The position numbers and the translations under genes were made by a program. The notes beneath the pieces are model-generated. The model was not told the DNA's origin. It was given only the letters and a program-made list of their open reading frames with translations, and made no database searches. From contig JBHIAT010000001.1 in NCBI GenBank assembly GCA_046758705.1, positions 3,963-67,962 of the forward strand: a stretch of 64,000 bases of DNA. Direction: 5' to 3'. The stretch comes from Candidatus Bipolaricaulia bacterium (GTDB lineage: Bacteria > Bipolaricaulota > Bipolaricaulia > JBHIAT01). Shown one piece after another: positions 18,570 to 28,204 of this stretch (positions within the stretch are counted from its first letter, which is position 1; each line of letters starts with the position of its first letter).

Positions 18570-20974
18570 TGACGGCCTCCTCTCACATCAAAAAAGATGA
18601 ATCCTTTCTCCATGTGATCCGGGTCGTTCTTGACCTGGATGATTTCGTTGACGCGTACTTCGATAATGTTCTCTGTCCCTGGCGTCACTTCGTTCCAACG
18701 CTTCATGGTCACGGCAATCACATGATCGACGCCCTCGACCAACTGCACTCGTCCGATGATTTGACTTGCCCTGAGCTCTTGTCCAAACGTCCATTGGTCG
18801 GGGTGAAAAAACACCATTCTGCCATCCGGCGTATACCCGTCTGAAAACTCCTGCTCGAGAATGAATTTGATATCCTCCGGCCAGTAATCAGGATGAATAC
18901 AGAGTGAGACGTGTATTTCTAAGGGAACAAATCGTGGCGGCCGGATCTCCAGATCTTCTCCGATGAGCCGGACGGCATCCAGATGGCGTGCGATTTCCTT
19001 CCGCAGTTCTTCCTTCAGTTCGGTTGTGCCAACAGGGTCGATGGCGATTTGAACCGTTCTCCAACTCCCGGTCCAGGCGTACCTGGCCGCAGCTCTCGAA
19101 ACCTCATCGAGTTCTTCAGTGCGATCGACGTAATCTTTAAGAGTGACAGCACGGAGTTGTCGAAAGCGATAGGCTTCTGGAACACGGCGAATGATTTCGG
19201 CCACGGGTTCTGGAAACCGGCCATTGGTCACATCGAAGGGATTCCAACACTCCTCTATTTCAGGAAAAGCTGTTCTGTCGAAATGAATCAGCTGATCTGC
19301 ACCGATGTTACCGTCGAGGCCCCTACCGATTTGGTAAGAGCTGTGAACCTCAGCCTCGCCCGGGAACTCCTTTTCGTTGATGCCATTCCCAAAGCGAATC
19401 AGGCTTCGTCCGTCTTCGTCGGTTTCTACAACAAAGTGATCATCGCTATCATCACTGTGAATCAGATTGATGACTTCATTCCATTGATCGCTGCCGCCTC
19501 CAGGCGTTTCGACGGTCACTTCAAGCGTTGACTCCGGTGGCACTTCGCCTCCCGGAGATGTGCTTTTATAAGCGAGCGGTCCTTCAGGCAGCTCGCAGAT
19601 TGTGCCCCACCTTTCGGTTCTCTCATAATGAAATTCATCGGGACCTGTGAGGGTCGTTCCCGGCTCTTTGAAAACAACGGTTTTAGGGCGACCGTGGTAG
19701 ACCCCCACCAGATTCCCGTGAAAGAGGGAGACATCTTCGACCTTCCCATCGGGGCAGTCTACTGTGAAACAGTAATCACTTCTCAGTTCGTCCTTTTCCT
19801 CCCATCGGACCCGCACGAACCAATCTCCAGTCAGAGGGTCTTGCATGGTTTCAGCACCCTCATTTCCAGCTAACAGTTTCAATAACTGCCTTTTGGCAGG
19901 ATCTCTGCCTGCCGCCTCGCCGGTTGATGGATTGAACCACTCCTGAATCGAAAGATGCGTAATCTTCCCATCACGAATTAAATCTCGAACTATATTTGCC
20001 GATGCTTCTCCACCTACGGTGAGCTTCAGATCAGCACTGGTGCTTCCGGCTGCCAGAGCCGGGAGCGAATCACTCCACGTATACAGTCTCATCTGGCTGA
20101 GCAAATGGTGCATATGCTGTTGTTTCTGGGTCATGAAGAGAACGGAAGATGGGTCGTTGATATCATTTTCGTTTCCTGCCCAAACCAAAAAACCTTTGGG
20201 TAAATCGAATTCTTCACCATCGGCCAATTCCACGGCCAGCCAGGTGCTTGCCTGATTGCCCTGGTGGATGTGGTAATCCATCAATCGCGCATGCCGGGCC
20301 AGTGAAACTCGCTTGCGTGACGTACCGAGATAGGCCTCATTCATCACCCTGTCCTGGTAGTCACTGAGCTCGTCCGCGGCAGCACTGAAGAGTTCCGACA
20401 GGATTAGGCCCAGATCAGCTTCGCTGATAGCCTCCCAGTTCGGCACCCGTTCCATCATCGCTGCGATCATGGTATGCCGGAATGAATCGTAATCTTTGGC
20501 GAGGTAATCGATCGCAGGGTCTTCCTTCGGTTCAGGGGCAGGTTCCCAATCGGGTGCGCAATCGATATTGAAGCATCCAGGTCGGAATTTGAATTGCATT
20601 TCACTGAAGATAGGATCGATGTTTTGAAAATCAATACTCAACGTATAAGTGGAGTAATCTCCAATCGGTGCTACAGTCAGCACTAGAGAGTTATCAGCTG
20701 GGCCTCCCGAAATCGATACGACTTTGACTTGGTCAGCGCCTGGACCGGCGGGAATTCGATGACCTCCCGAAATGGGAAAGATCAATTTAGGCTCTTGAGG
20801 ATCCGCCAGAATATTGGCAACCTCATTATTGTTGTGGAAGTGGACCTCAAGGTGCGCTTCGGTGAGATTTGGAGCCGGATGTAAGGTTACCAGAACCAGG
20901 TTGAAACCATTGAGGCCTTGCGCTTCTAGATCATTCGCTCGCTCATTTAAAGCTTCTTGATTTTTAATGGCCAT
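18566..20974 (-). CDS. baseplate J-like protein (gpJ/gp6 homolog)
   Basis: IDYLAKDYDSFRHTMIAAMMERVPNWEAISEADLGLILSELF...SDYQDRVMNEAYLGTSRKRVSLARHARLMDY = Baseplate_J; start set to MAIKNQ (20974) right after the stop of the gp25-like gene; ORF-track N-terminal extension overlaps that gene and is rejected. Confidence 0.7.
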   Translation of the reverse strand: MAIKNQEALNERANDLEAQGLNGFNLVLVTLHPAPNLTEAHLEVHFHNNNEVANILADPQEPKLIFPISGGHRIPAGPGADQVKVVSISGGPADNSLVLTVAPIGDYSTYTLSIDFQNIDPIFSEMQFKFRPGCFNIDCAPDWEPAPEPKEDPAIDYLAKDYDSFRHTMIAAMMERVPNWEAISEADLGLILSELFSAAADELSDYQDRVMNEAYLGTSRKRVSLARHARLMDYHIHQGNQASTWLAVELADGEEFDLPKGFLVWAGNENDINDPSSVLFMTQKQQHMHHLLSQMRLYTWSDSLPALAAGSTSADLKLTVGGEASANIVRDLIRDGKITHLSIQEWFNPSTGEAAGRDPAKRQLLKLLAGNEGAETMQDPLTGDWFVRVRWEEKDELRSDYCFTVDCPDGKVEDVSLFHGNLVGVYHGRPKTVVFKEPGTTLTGPDEFHYERTERWGTICELPEGPLAYKSTSPGGEVPPESTLEVTVETPGGGSDQWNEVINLIHSDDSDDHFVVETDEDGRSLIRFGNGINEKEFPGEAEVHSSYQIGRGLDGNIGADQLIHFDRTAFPEIEECWNPFDVTNGRFPEPVAEIIRRVPEAYRFRQLRAVTLKDYVDRTEELDEVSRAAARYAWTGSWRTVQIAIDPVGTTELKEELRKEIARHLDAVRLIGEDLEIRPPRFVPLEIHVSLCIHPDYWPEDIKFILEQEFSDGYTPDGRMVFFHPDQWTFGQELRASQIIGRVQLVEGVDHVIAVTMKRWNEVTPGTENIIEVRVNEIIQVKNDPDHMEKGFIFFDVRGGRQ

Positions 20975-20976
20975 CC

Positions 20977-21363
20977 CTATCCACCACTCCGTTGAAATCT
21001 CATGACCCGGATATCCTCGGTCCCTGCGATCCGGTATTTGATCTCCACTTCGATCGTCTCGGTTTCTACAGTCACGGTGAGATCCTCTATGGTGATGCGG
21101 TGTCCCAACCAGCGTGAAATCGCCTGAGTGAGCGTGGCTTTTGTCATTCCCTCGGTCGTTGGATCCGCATTCTCGAAGACGAGACGACGGACCCCGCCTC
21201 CGAATTCCGGCAGAAAAACCCGTTCGCCAAGATTGGTCAGGATCAATTGGATCAGCTCCTCTCGGACATGATCCTTCACAGAGGAGACCCGAACAGTTCG
21301 TCCATCTTTCCCGATGCGGAATGGAAAGGATAAATGTCTTCCATAATCCTCTGTCATTGCCAA
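20977..21363 (-). CDS. baseplate wedge protein gp25/gpW-like
   Basis: LSFPFRIGKDGRTV...EELIQLILTNLGERVFLPEFGGGVRRLVFE matches GPW_gp25 consensus. Confidence 0.8.
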   Translation of the reverse strand: MAMTEDYGRHLSFPFRIGKDGRTVRVSSVKDHVREELIQLILTNLGERVFLPEFGGGVRRLVFENADPTTEGMTKATLTQAISRWLGHRITIEDLTVTVETETIEVEIKYRIAGTEDIRVMRFQRSGG

Positions 21364-21433
21364 TCCTCAATCATTGTGTAGACACCTTAGTCCGACGGTG
21401 AGATGTGAAATGGATAATCCGTATAATCTAGCA

Positions 21434-21706
21434 TCACGGTTTAACACCAATTGTAGGGTGTCCATCATGAGTGTGTGTTCCGTCTTCCAAATGTATCTGG
21501 AATGCCTGCTCGTTGTTTTTGAGGTGATTGATCACTCCACGTGCAATGGCGATAAATAGCATTCGCCGATCCCGGTTACCCAGGGGAATTGGATCCATCC
21601 CCTCCTTGGCGCGCAGGTCATTCAGTGCTTTCTCAATCTCACCAGCCATGCTATTCTCGAATTGACCCTGTGGCTCATTTAGCGATCCACCATACAACTC
21701 TTCCAT
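21434..21706 (-). CDS. small hypothetical protein in the spike-tip (PAAR) position; not PAAR-like
   Basis: 90 aa, His-rich C-terminus (HLEDGTHTHDGHP); between gpV-like spike and gp25-like genes. Confidence 0.4.
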   Translation of the reverse strand: MEELYGGSLNEPQGQFENSMAGEIEKALNDLRAKEGMDPIPLGNRDRRMLFIAIARGVINHLKNNEQAFQIHLEDGTHTHDGHPTIGVKP

Positions 21707-21716
21707 GTGATTCCTC

Positions 21717-22439
21717 CTATCCAGACTTGACTTTCATCGAAAGCAAACTCGGCGTTGCCGGTGGGAAAGGCGGTACCGGTGTTGTTGGAGTAACAGGAAT
21801 AAACCCGGCAGCCAGTTCACCTGGATGAATATGGCTGTTGAACAAGTTTACGAGCAGGTTTAAATATTGCAAAAGGTTATCACCGAACACCACCGGGTGC
21901 ATGGCGTTCTCCACCAGTTCGATTTGCGGCGCCTCGACAACAGCTTTGACCGCACCCTGGATCGTGATCTGGCCCTGCTGTACTTTAATCGTTAACATAT
22001 TGCTACCCTTCTCGTCACTCAACGTGATCGTTTGGCTGCCGTCATCCAGCGTGACCATCAACCCTTTCTCACTGCGAATGATCTTGAGCGGTGGTGTGGC
22101 CGCCGTACCGCTGTTATCCTTGGGCAACTCCCCTCCACCCCACCAACAGCCACTCCAAATAGGACGAGAGACGTCCCCTGCCTCAAACTCGATCCACACG
22201 CCGGCACCGATAGGAGGGATCATGAACTGTCCCTCCCCGTCCCCGGAGTAGGGAATGGATGGCAGTGCCCAGGGAGAGTCTACTTCTTCTCCATAGACCT
22301 CGGGAACCTGGGCGATAATGCGACCCAGATTCTCTGGATCATCCACATCTCGAACAAGGCCTCGATACTTGCCGAAATAACGGGAATGCATGAATTCAGC
22401 CGCTTCGACAACTAACTTCTCCATCTCCAAATCAGGCAT
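21717..22439 (-). CDS. baseplate spike protein, gpV/gp5 OB-fold family
   Basis: GRIIAQVPEVYGEEVDSPWALPSIPYSGDGEGQFMIPPIGAGVWIEFEAGDVSRPIW = Phage_base_V consensus. Confidence 0.75.
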   Translation of the reverse strand: MPDLEMEKLVVEAAEFMHSRYFGKYRGLVRDVDDPENLGRIIAQVPEVYGEEVDSPWALPSIPYSGDGEGQFMIPPIGAGVWIEFEAGDVSRPIWSGCWWGGGELPKDNSGTAATPPLKIIRSEKGLMVTLDDGSQTITLSDEKGSNMLTIKVQQGQITIQGAVKAVVEAPQIELVENAMHPVVFGDNLLQYLNLLVNLFNSHIHPGELAAGFIPVTPTTPVPPFPPATPSLLSMKVKSG

Positions 22440-23584
22440 CAGAATATACCTCCCGCTAGATTCGTCAAGCTGCCGTTGGAACGCTCAATCTTAGATTGAG
22501 CATCCGTCTTCAAAGAAAAAGACTGAGAATAAATCGAGCGTGTTAAACCGTGGGTAACCTTGGTGATCAAATAATTTCCGCTTAACGGAGTCTCTCCCGC
22601 TTTGACGGTCACGAGGCGATAGGGTCGTAGCACACCCAGGTAACAACCCTCCAGAACACTTCCTGTCGCCTCAAAGGCGTAACTCGATTCATCGACCTTG
22701 GCTGATACGGCTTGATCCAGATCTACGGACTCACCCTGACGGGGAGGAAGGATCTGAACCGCTGGCTCTTCGCCTTCTTCTAATGTAGCTTTCTGTCCTA
22801 ACAGTTCACGATCCCGAAAGCTCGCCGTGCTGGAAACTACCCCCTTGTCTGTGATGCGAAGGGTGGAAGCCCTCACAACAGAAGGCTTCTGGGCATTTTT
22901 CTTGACGTTAAATGATTTAATATTTCGGTCCGATCCCAGTAAGATGAGTGGAGGAAGCTCATCTGTTTGTTGCGGAAGGTCTGATGGTTTTGGAAAAAAC
23001 TTGAAGTTGCCGACACTTTGCCCTGGACGGTCACCTGGAAAAACATAGGCATGCATTCCCTGACGTTTTGCCAACGACCTCAGTATTTGCATCGATGTGC
23101 CACGCTGAATGACTGGTGGAGGAGCACTGCCTGGTGGGGACGTATCGTCGATGTCAGTAGCGGCTATCTGTTCGAAGTCGTCGAATATTTGCTTGGCGAT
23201 TTCATGATCCAATCGACCTTCAAACCGTGAGACGTTGTCTTCCCGATTCAAAAAGACGCTATCATCCTGGACAATCAAGGTGATAGCACTTTGTCCCGGC
23301 TCTGAACTTTTCGGGCTGTCAGATTTGACGATCGGTCCGTCAATCAGGGGTACAAAAGGCGCTTTTCCGATTTTGATTTCCACCCTTATCCGTGAAAAAG
23401 GCTTCATAAAATCCTCGTCTTCTCCTGTCCATTTTCCCTTCTCATCAACACAAATAGGGATCTCAATACGGGCTTCCCACGCCATGTCCACTTCCTGCTC
23501 CACGGTGATCTCTTCGACTCTGTCCAACTGCTCTCGCGTAGCAGGTTTGTTGTTGAAAAACAGTCTGTATGCGATATCCGACAT
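22439..23584 (-). CDS. baseplate hub protein, phage late-control D (gpD/gp27-like)
   Basis: 381 aa; C-terminal GNYLITKVTHGLTRSIYSQSFSL matches gpD family C-terminus; ATGA coupling to flanking genes. Confidence 0.6.
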   Translation of the reverse strand: MSDIAYRLFFNNKPATREQLDRVEEITVEQEVDMAWEARIEIPICVDEKGKWTGEDEDFMKPFSRIRVEIKIGKAPFVPLIDGPIVKSDSPKSSEPGQSAITLIVQDDSVFLNREDNVSRFEGRLDHEIAKQIFDDFEQIAATDIDDTSPPGSAPPPVIQRGTSMQILRSLAKRQGMHAYVFPGDRPGQSVGNFKFFPKPSDLPQQTDELPPLILLGSDRNIKSFNVKKNAQKPSVVRASTLRITDKGVVSSTASFRDRELLGQKATLEEGEEPAVQILPPRQGESVDLDQAVSAKVDESSYAFEATGSVLEGCYLGVLRPYRLVTVKAGETPLSGNYLITKVTHGLTRSIYSQSFSLKTDAQSKIERSNGSLTNLAGGIF

Positions 23585-23856
23585 TATTGCTCCGGTACCT
23601 TTATGACACGACCTGTTTCCTTGACCAGATCATTGGCCTGTAACTCCGTGTTGGCATCGGCGATGTGCCAAAACATGGTCGGGTTGTTATACTGACGCTG
23701 GGCCATGATATCGAGCCGGTCGTTCCCGGTTACGACGGTCGGTGCGCCACTGACCACAGGCAGTCTTCTCAGTGTCACCGCCTTCACAGTTCGCCCATCT
23801 TTTGTGATCGCGTTCACAACCTCTTGGTTGAAATATCTTGACGACTCTAAAAACAT
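23584..23856 (-). CDS. tail protein X-like (LysM-type) small protein
   Basis: 90 aa; DRLDIMAQRQYNNPTMFWHIADAN resembles gpX/LysM segment. Confidence 0.45.
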   Translation of the reverse strand: MFLESSRYFNQEVVNAITKDGRTVKAVTLRRLPVVSGAPTVVTGNDRLDIMAQRQYNNPTMFWHIADANTELQANDLVKETGRVIKVPEQ

Positions 23857-23865
23857 CTCGCCCTC

Positions 23866-24540
23866 CTAAAATGGAATGAGATCAACCACTTGTTGAGCGG
23901 TGTTAGCAAGATTTGTGATGGCCTGAGCTTCTTTCGCGAGATTCGAATACTCAAGCGCACCTTTGGCGATCTTATCATCCGAACAGGGATCGATGGTGAT
24001 TATAGCCAGACCCAGAGAGACTTCAGCCTGGATCGGGTTCAGTAAGTGATCGTACTGCTGTTCGGTGATGCTCATGGATTCGATGATGACGGGCAGTACC
24101 CTCGTCAGGCCCCAGATGAAAAGAATTCGAGGGTAATTTTCTCTAGGGATAGGTTGCGTCGGACCCTCCTCATCACCACCGCCGAAGATGGCATCCCCGA
24201 TAGCGTCAATCGCTTCCCCGATCAAGCCGCTGATTTTTGCACTGGGATGGGCCATTTGTTCCAGCGCCGCCAACTGAGGACCAATACCGAATGTCCTTGC
24301 CAGGGGATTGTCTCTTTCCAATTGGTCAGCAGCGCTAAAGTGGGCAGTGAGGGTGATCTTTTCCACTGGAATTTCGCCCGCCTGAGTCGTCTCTCGACTT
24401 GCGGCTCCAGTGGGACGAGGAGGTATCTGAATGTTTCGCGTCAGGCTCTCAGGATTGAACTGAAAAATTACGACATTGGGAATGGGTCCGAGGAAATCGC
24501 TTCCGTATTCGATCAGGGCACCGCGCAATAAGTAGGGCAT
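23866..24540 (-). CDS. hypothetical eCIS protein, candidate tube-initiator/baseplate component
   Basis: 224 aa; conserved-looking VIFQFNPESLTRNIQ segment; position immediately upstream of LysM protein mirrors split Afp7/Pvc7 arrangement (inference only). Confidence 0.35.
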   Translation of the reverse strand: MPYLLRGALIEYGSDFLGPIPNVVIFQFNPESLTRNIQIPPRPTGAASRETTQAGEIPVEKITLTAHFSAADQLERDNPLARTFGIGPQLAALEQMAHPSAKISGLIGEAIDAIGDAIFGGGDEEGPTQPIPRENYPRILFIWGLTRVLPVIIESMSITEQQYDHLLNPIQAEVSLGLAIITIDPCSDDKIAKGALEYSNLAKEAQAITNLANTAQQVVDLIPF

Positions 24541-24543
24541 AAC

Positions 24544-24861
24544 TTAGCTTCCCCCTTGCGTATACGATTTGGTTTTTGATGTGATGGACTCGGAAATTCT
24601 GCCAGCGATCATCCTCCGCAAGTCGAAGGCGCTTGTGCCTGTTGAAGTTCGGAAAGCCCCCGAGTCAATTTTGCTGATGTTGATTGCGTGTTTTTTTCTC
24701 AAAAGACCGTGCTGCTTTGCAAGTTGCTTTAGCAATTCATGGCCCAGTCCCGCGACCGAGGAACGGGCCACCTGGGGTGATATATCTTTAAGGCGAATTT
24801 CTAATCGATCAATTTTTATGTTTGTCATCTTCATGCTCCATTTTTTCCACGATTTCGGCAT
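24544..24861 (-). CDS. small hypothetical protein
   Basis: 105-aa ORF; N-terminus overlaps the ATPase gene end so a later start (MKMTNIK, ~24834) is more likely. Confidence 0.3.
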   Translation of the reverse strand: MPKSWKKWSMKMTNIKIDRLEIRLKDISPQVARSSVAGLGHELLKQLAKQHGLLRKKHAINISKIDSGAFRTSTGTSAFDLRRMIAGRISESITSKTKSYTQGGS

Positions 24862-27004
24862 AAGATCCGAACTGTTCGAGGCTTACAGATCGATTCAATT
24901 TGTCGTATTCCCTTTTCACGGCGTTGATGATCTGCTCCATTGTCAACAGGTCTTTAAAGTCATCTAGGCGAACACTCAAACCACTGGCGCTTTGAAGACA
25001 TGCATTGAAGACAATCGAACGGATGTGTCCACCAGCGAGCTGAAATTGTTTCGCTAGAAAGTCAAAATCAATCTTCGAACGATCGACGGTTTTGGGAATG
25101 ACTTGGTGCCAGATCTTCCTTCTCTCCTCCGCGCTCGGAAGGGGAAAGTCGATGATGTGACGTAACCTCCTTAAAAAAGCCTCATCAAGATCCTTCTTAC
25201 GATTGGTAGCGAGGATCGCCAGGCCTTTGAACCGTTCCATTCGCTCCAGCAAATAGCTAATTTCGAGATTGGCATACCGGTCGTGTGCGTCTTTGACCTC
25301 AGTTCGACGTCCAAAAAGGGAATCGGCTTCATCGAAGAAGAGAATGGTGTCAGAAATATCTGCTGCATCGAATAGCCGCTTCAAGTTCTTTTCCGTCTCT
25401 CCTATATATTTGTTGACCACCTGGGATAGGTCGATCCGGTACATCGGTAGATCCAATTTAATGGCCAAAATCTCAGCGGCCATCGTCTTACCCGTGCCCG
25501 GAGGTCCGGCGAAGAGCACGGAAATACCGCTTTCGTTCCATACCCTGGCTGTTCCCCAGCCATAATGAACCTCCGTCAGCGACTTCATCGCCTTGAGGAT
25601 TTCCTGAAACTGCAGGTGCTGTTTGCGTGGCAGGAATAGTTCTTCGTCCTCAAATCGAGGAATCACCTTCTGAGCCAACTCGCCTATGTCTAGATCCAAT
25701 TCCACTCTGCACGCCCTAAAGAAATCTTTTTCCGAAATTGGCTCGGGTAATCCTTCGGAAATAGCATTGATGATCTCTTTTTCGTAACGGAAACGGCGTG
25801 AGCCTTCCGCAATGACGCTATCCAAACCCTTGGCTTTTGTTCCTAGCGCTTTTTCCCAGTGAGCGATGCGTTGGTGATAGGAAAACTTGGGAACACCAAC
25901 GATCGGCAGCAGAAGATGACCGGGAATGTGAGTCAGTTGACTTCGCTCAGTGATGCCCAGAAAAATGGTTATGGGTATCGATTGAAGAGGTAGTAAAGAA
26001 GTATCTGAATGTTGTCTATCGTCACCTAGAGCGGACACCAGGTCTTGACTGAGAAACATATCCACGCCTCTTAACCAGCAAAGAGTCGCAAATGAGTTCA
26101 GAGAGTGGCTATTTTCAAGAAAACCGGGATCCCCTTTGAATTCGACGACATCTCGATTTGCTAAGTTCGCTATTCCACGGACCATTTCGATGTGAGCAGA
26201 GCCTCTCGGCCCGCGGACCGGGACTACGCGGAGCGTATTTCCACGGTTAGAATTTAATCTGGATGCGACCAGACGGACGTCATCTGTCAGAGCAACATCC
26301 TCCCCATCGTCCACAGTGACCGGAACCAAAGCGTGGGGCAGGGGCAAGTTTGGGAAAAGCAACTGGTTCGCCACCAGCGAAGGCACCGCAATCGGACTCT
26401 CCCAATCAATCTCTGAATTGTGTTGTGAGGTTTGGCCGCTGTGTTGAAGCAATCTGTAGCGAAATAGTGGGTGAGCGGGGTCAGCCAGCATTAAGACCCG
26501 CTCAGGATGATCCCACAGTTTCTGGGCGAGGGCCAGATTCGGATGGGTCCGCACTGGATCGTTGAGGCAGGCAGCGATGACGCTTCCCACGGCATTATCA
26601 AAAGCCACCGTCAATCCCAAAGCCAGGGCGAACGAGGCAATATCGTCTAAGTTCAATTTGTGAACAACCCAGCCAAATGAGCCTTGGGCAAGATGTTTAT
26701 CTGCAGGAGGAGGATCAGCTTTAAGTTGCTCAGTTAGATATCGCGCGGTCGGATCGGTCTGAAAAAACTTGTTCTTTTCCTCCCAATAGCGGCTCATGTC
26801 GAGACTCGCTGATGCTTTATCGACGAAGGGTGGCAGGATCGCCGAGTCCGAATCGGGAAGCAGGCCGCGTTCGTGCCAGCACCAGCATACTTCCCGTCTC
26901 AATCTGACGGTAACCTGTCGCATCCAGTAGATTGCACAGGCATCATCCGCACGGAGACCGGGCGAAAATGTAATGGGCTCTCTTTTGTTCGTAAACGTGG
27001 TCAT
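24809..27004 (-). CDS. eCIS AAA+ ATPase (Afp15/Pvc15-like)
   Basis: 731 aa; Walker A GPPGTGKTMAAEILA, Walker B ILFFDEADSLF, long N-terminal domains; follows DUF4255 gene with 4-nt overlap. Confidence 0.8.
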   Translation of the reverse strand: MTTFTNKREPITFSPGLRADDACAIYWMRQVTVRLRREVCWCWHERGLLPDSDSAILPPFVDKASASLDMSRYWEEKNKFFQTDPTARYLTEQLKADPPPADKHLAQGSFGWVVHKLNLDDIASFALALGLTVAFDNAVGSVIAACLNDPVRTHPNLALAQKLWDHPERVLMLADPAHPLFRYRLLQHSGQTSQHNSEIDWESPIAVPSLVANQLLFPNLPLPHALVPVTVDDGEDVALTDDVRLVASRLNSNRGNTLRVVPVRGPRGSAHIEMVRGIANLANRDVVEFKGDPGFLENSHSLNSFATLCWLRGVDMFLSQDLVSALGDDRQHSDTSLLPLQSIPITIFLGITERSQLTHIPGHLLLPIVGVPKFSYHQRIAHWEKALGTKAKGLDSVIAEGSRRFRYEKEIINAISEGLPEPISEKDFFRACRVELDLDIGELAQKVIPRFEDEELFLPRKQHLQFQEILKAMKSLTEVHYGWGTARVWNESGISVLFAGPPGTGKTMAAEILAIKLDLPMYRIDLSQVVNKYIGETEKNLKRLFDAADISDTILFFDEADSLFGRRTEVKDAHDRYANLEISYLLERMERFKGLAILATNRKKDLDEAFLRRLRHIIDFPLPSAEERRKIWHQVIPKTVDRSKIDFDFLAKQFQLAGGHIRSIVFNACLQSASGLSVRLDDFKDLLTMEQIINAVKREYDKLNRSVSLEQFGSYAEIVEKMEHEDDKHKN

Positions 27005-28188
27005 GGGACAATCAGCTCCACCTCTGGGCTGTTCTTAGATTGCTGACCGTTTACTCGGAGGATCACCCGATATTTTCCAGGTGGTACGGCATCTTCCTGC
27101 TTTATTGCTAATGTCAGAGTATTTTGCGATGGGTCTGTTGTGAATTCGTCAAATACTTTCACGGTACTTCCGTCTCTATAGAGTGCTACAAAAATGTCAT
27201 CCTCCTCGGTTCCCAGAAGGACACCGGTCATATCAATGTTGCCAAATACGTCAGAATCTGGATCTGCTAGGTCATCATGTTGAAGTGAATTCGGAACTGC
27301 ATCAGTAAGAGTTGGCAAGAGATCTCCAATCAAAAGATTGCTCGACCTGCGTCGTCCGGTCAGCAAGGTCTGGACAACAGATATAGGGTGACTTCCTGCG
27401 GAAATCACACTACCATTTTCAATAGTTTCATCAACCAGGCATTCCAGCTTATCCGGTTGTTGAGCGGTAACAGCCAGCTCTGCCGGACCGAGGCAGACAG
27501 ACAAGCCGGATAAGTCCAGATCGCTCCCCAAAATGGTTAAGGTGGAATTCACTTCAAATTTTGAAGGGGAAATATGTGTTATCTTTGGTCCCATGGAAGG
27601 GATCACCGGAATTTGAACCCCTGCTTCGCCGATCACCTCGATAGGACTCTCTGTGTAATCAACACCCACAAGGAGAGAATAGGATGGCAGCTCGTCTGTC
27701 GCAATCATTACAGGCCTGACTTGAAAACTAATGGAAAACCGGTACTTCTCATCAGATCCCTGCATTAGTTTGGATAGAAGCTCGGAAGAGGCCTCATCGA
27801 AGGTAATCTTTAAAATCTCCGGATTGTCTTTGAGGGCATCAATCGTTGTATGCAATGGCAAATAGCTGAGCTTTTGGAGAGCACGAATTCCTTTACCGAG
27901 GTTTTCATGGGCTTTAACGGAGTCGCTGTCCCCAGCCTCGTCGAAGGCAGTCATTAAATACTTCAAAACTAACCATAGGGGGGCGGGTTGTCCCTCATCA
28001 AACGGTAGATTCTTCAAACTTGGATCAAACAGCGCTTCATACAGAAAAAGGTTGAGTCTTTCACCATCTGTTCCCGGGGCTGGTTCCGGCCGCCCCACCT
28101 TTATGCTAAGATTGGTCTCAGCGCTGAGATGCTCAATTAATAGATCTGAGACCTTCCCTATTGCCAGCTCTGTATCTGCAAGGGCCAT
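27001..28188 (-). CDS. eCIS tail terminator/cap protein, DUF4255 (Pvc16/Afp16-like)
   Basis: N-terminus LADTELAIGKVSDLLIEHL...LSIKVGRPEPAP...LNLFLYEALFDPSLKN matches Pvc16_N/DUF4255 pattern. Confidence 0.65.
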   Translation of the reverse strand: MALADTELAIGKVSDLLIEHLSAETNLSIKVGRPEPAPGTDGERLNLFLYEALFDPSLKNLPFDEGQPAPLWLVLKYLMTAFDEAGDSDSVKAHENLGKGIRALQKLSYLPLHTTIDALKDNPEILKITFDEASSELLSKLMQGSDEKYRFSISFQVRPVMIATDELPSYSLLVGVDYTESPIEVIGEAGVQIPVIPSMGPKITHISPSKFEVNSTLTILGSDLDLSGLSVCLGPAELAVTAQQPDKLECLVDETIENGSVISAGSHPISVVQTLLTGRRRSSNLLIGDLLPTLTDAVPNSLQHDDLADPDSDVFGNIDMTGVLLGTEEDDIFVALYRDGSTVKVFDEFTTDPSQNTLTLAIKQEDAVPPGKYRVILRVNGQQSKNSPEVELIVP

Positions 28189-28204
28189 CTTAGGGTTATC
28201 TCAC

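Noticed and set aside
20975-21370. N-terminal 132-aa extension of the baseplate-J ORF in the six-frame track
   Set aside because: Would overlap the entire gp25-like gene in another frame; an ATG (MAIKNQ) lies immediately after the gp25 stop and the Baseplate_J homology begins downstream of it
21434-21706. Calling the 90-aa protein a PAAR tip
   Set aside because: Sequence lacks PAAR repeats and the Gly/Pro/Cys-rich character of PAAR/DUF4280; kept only as a position-based hypothesis
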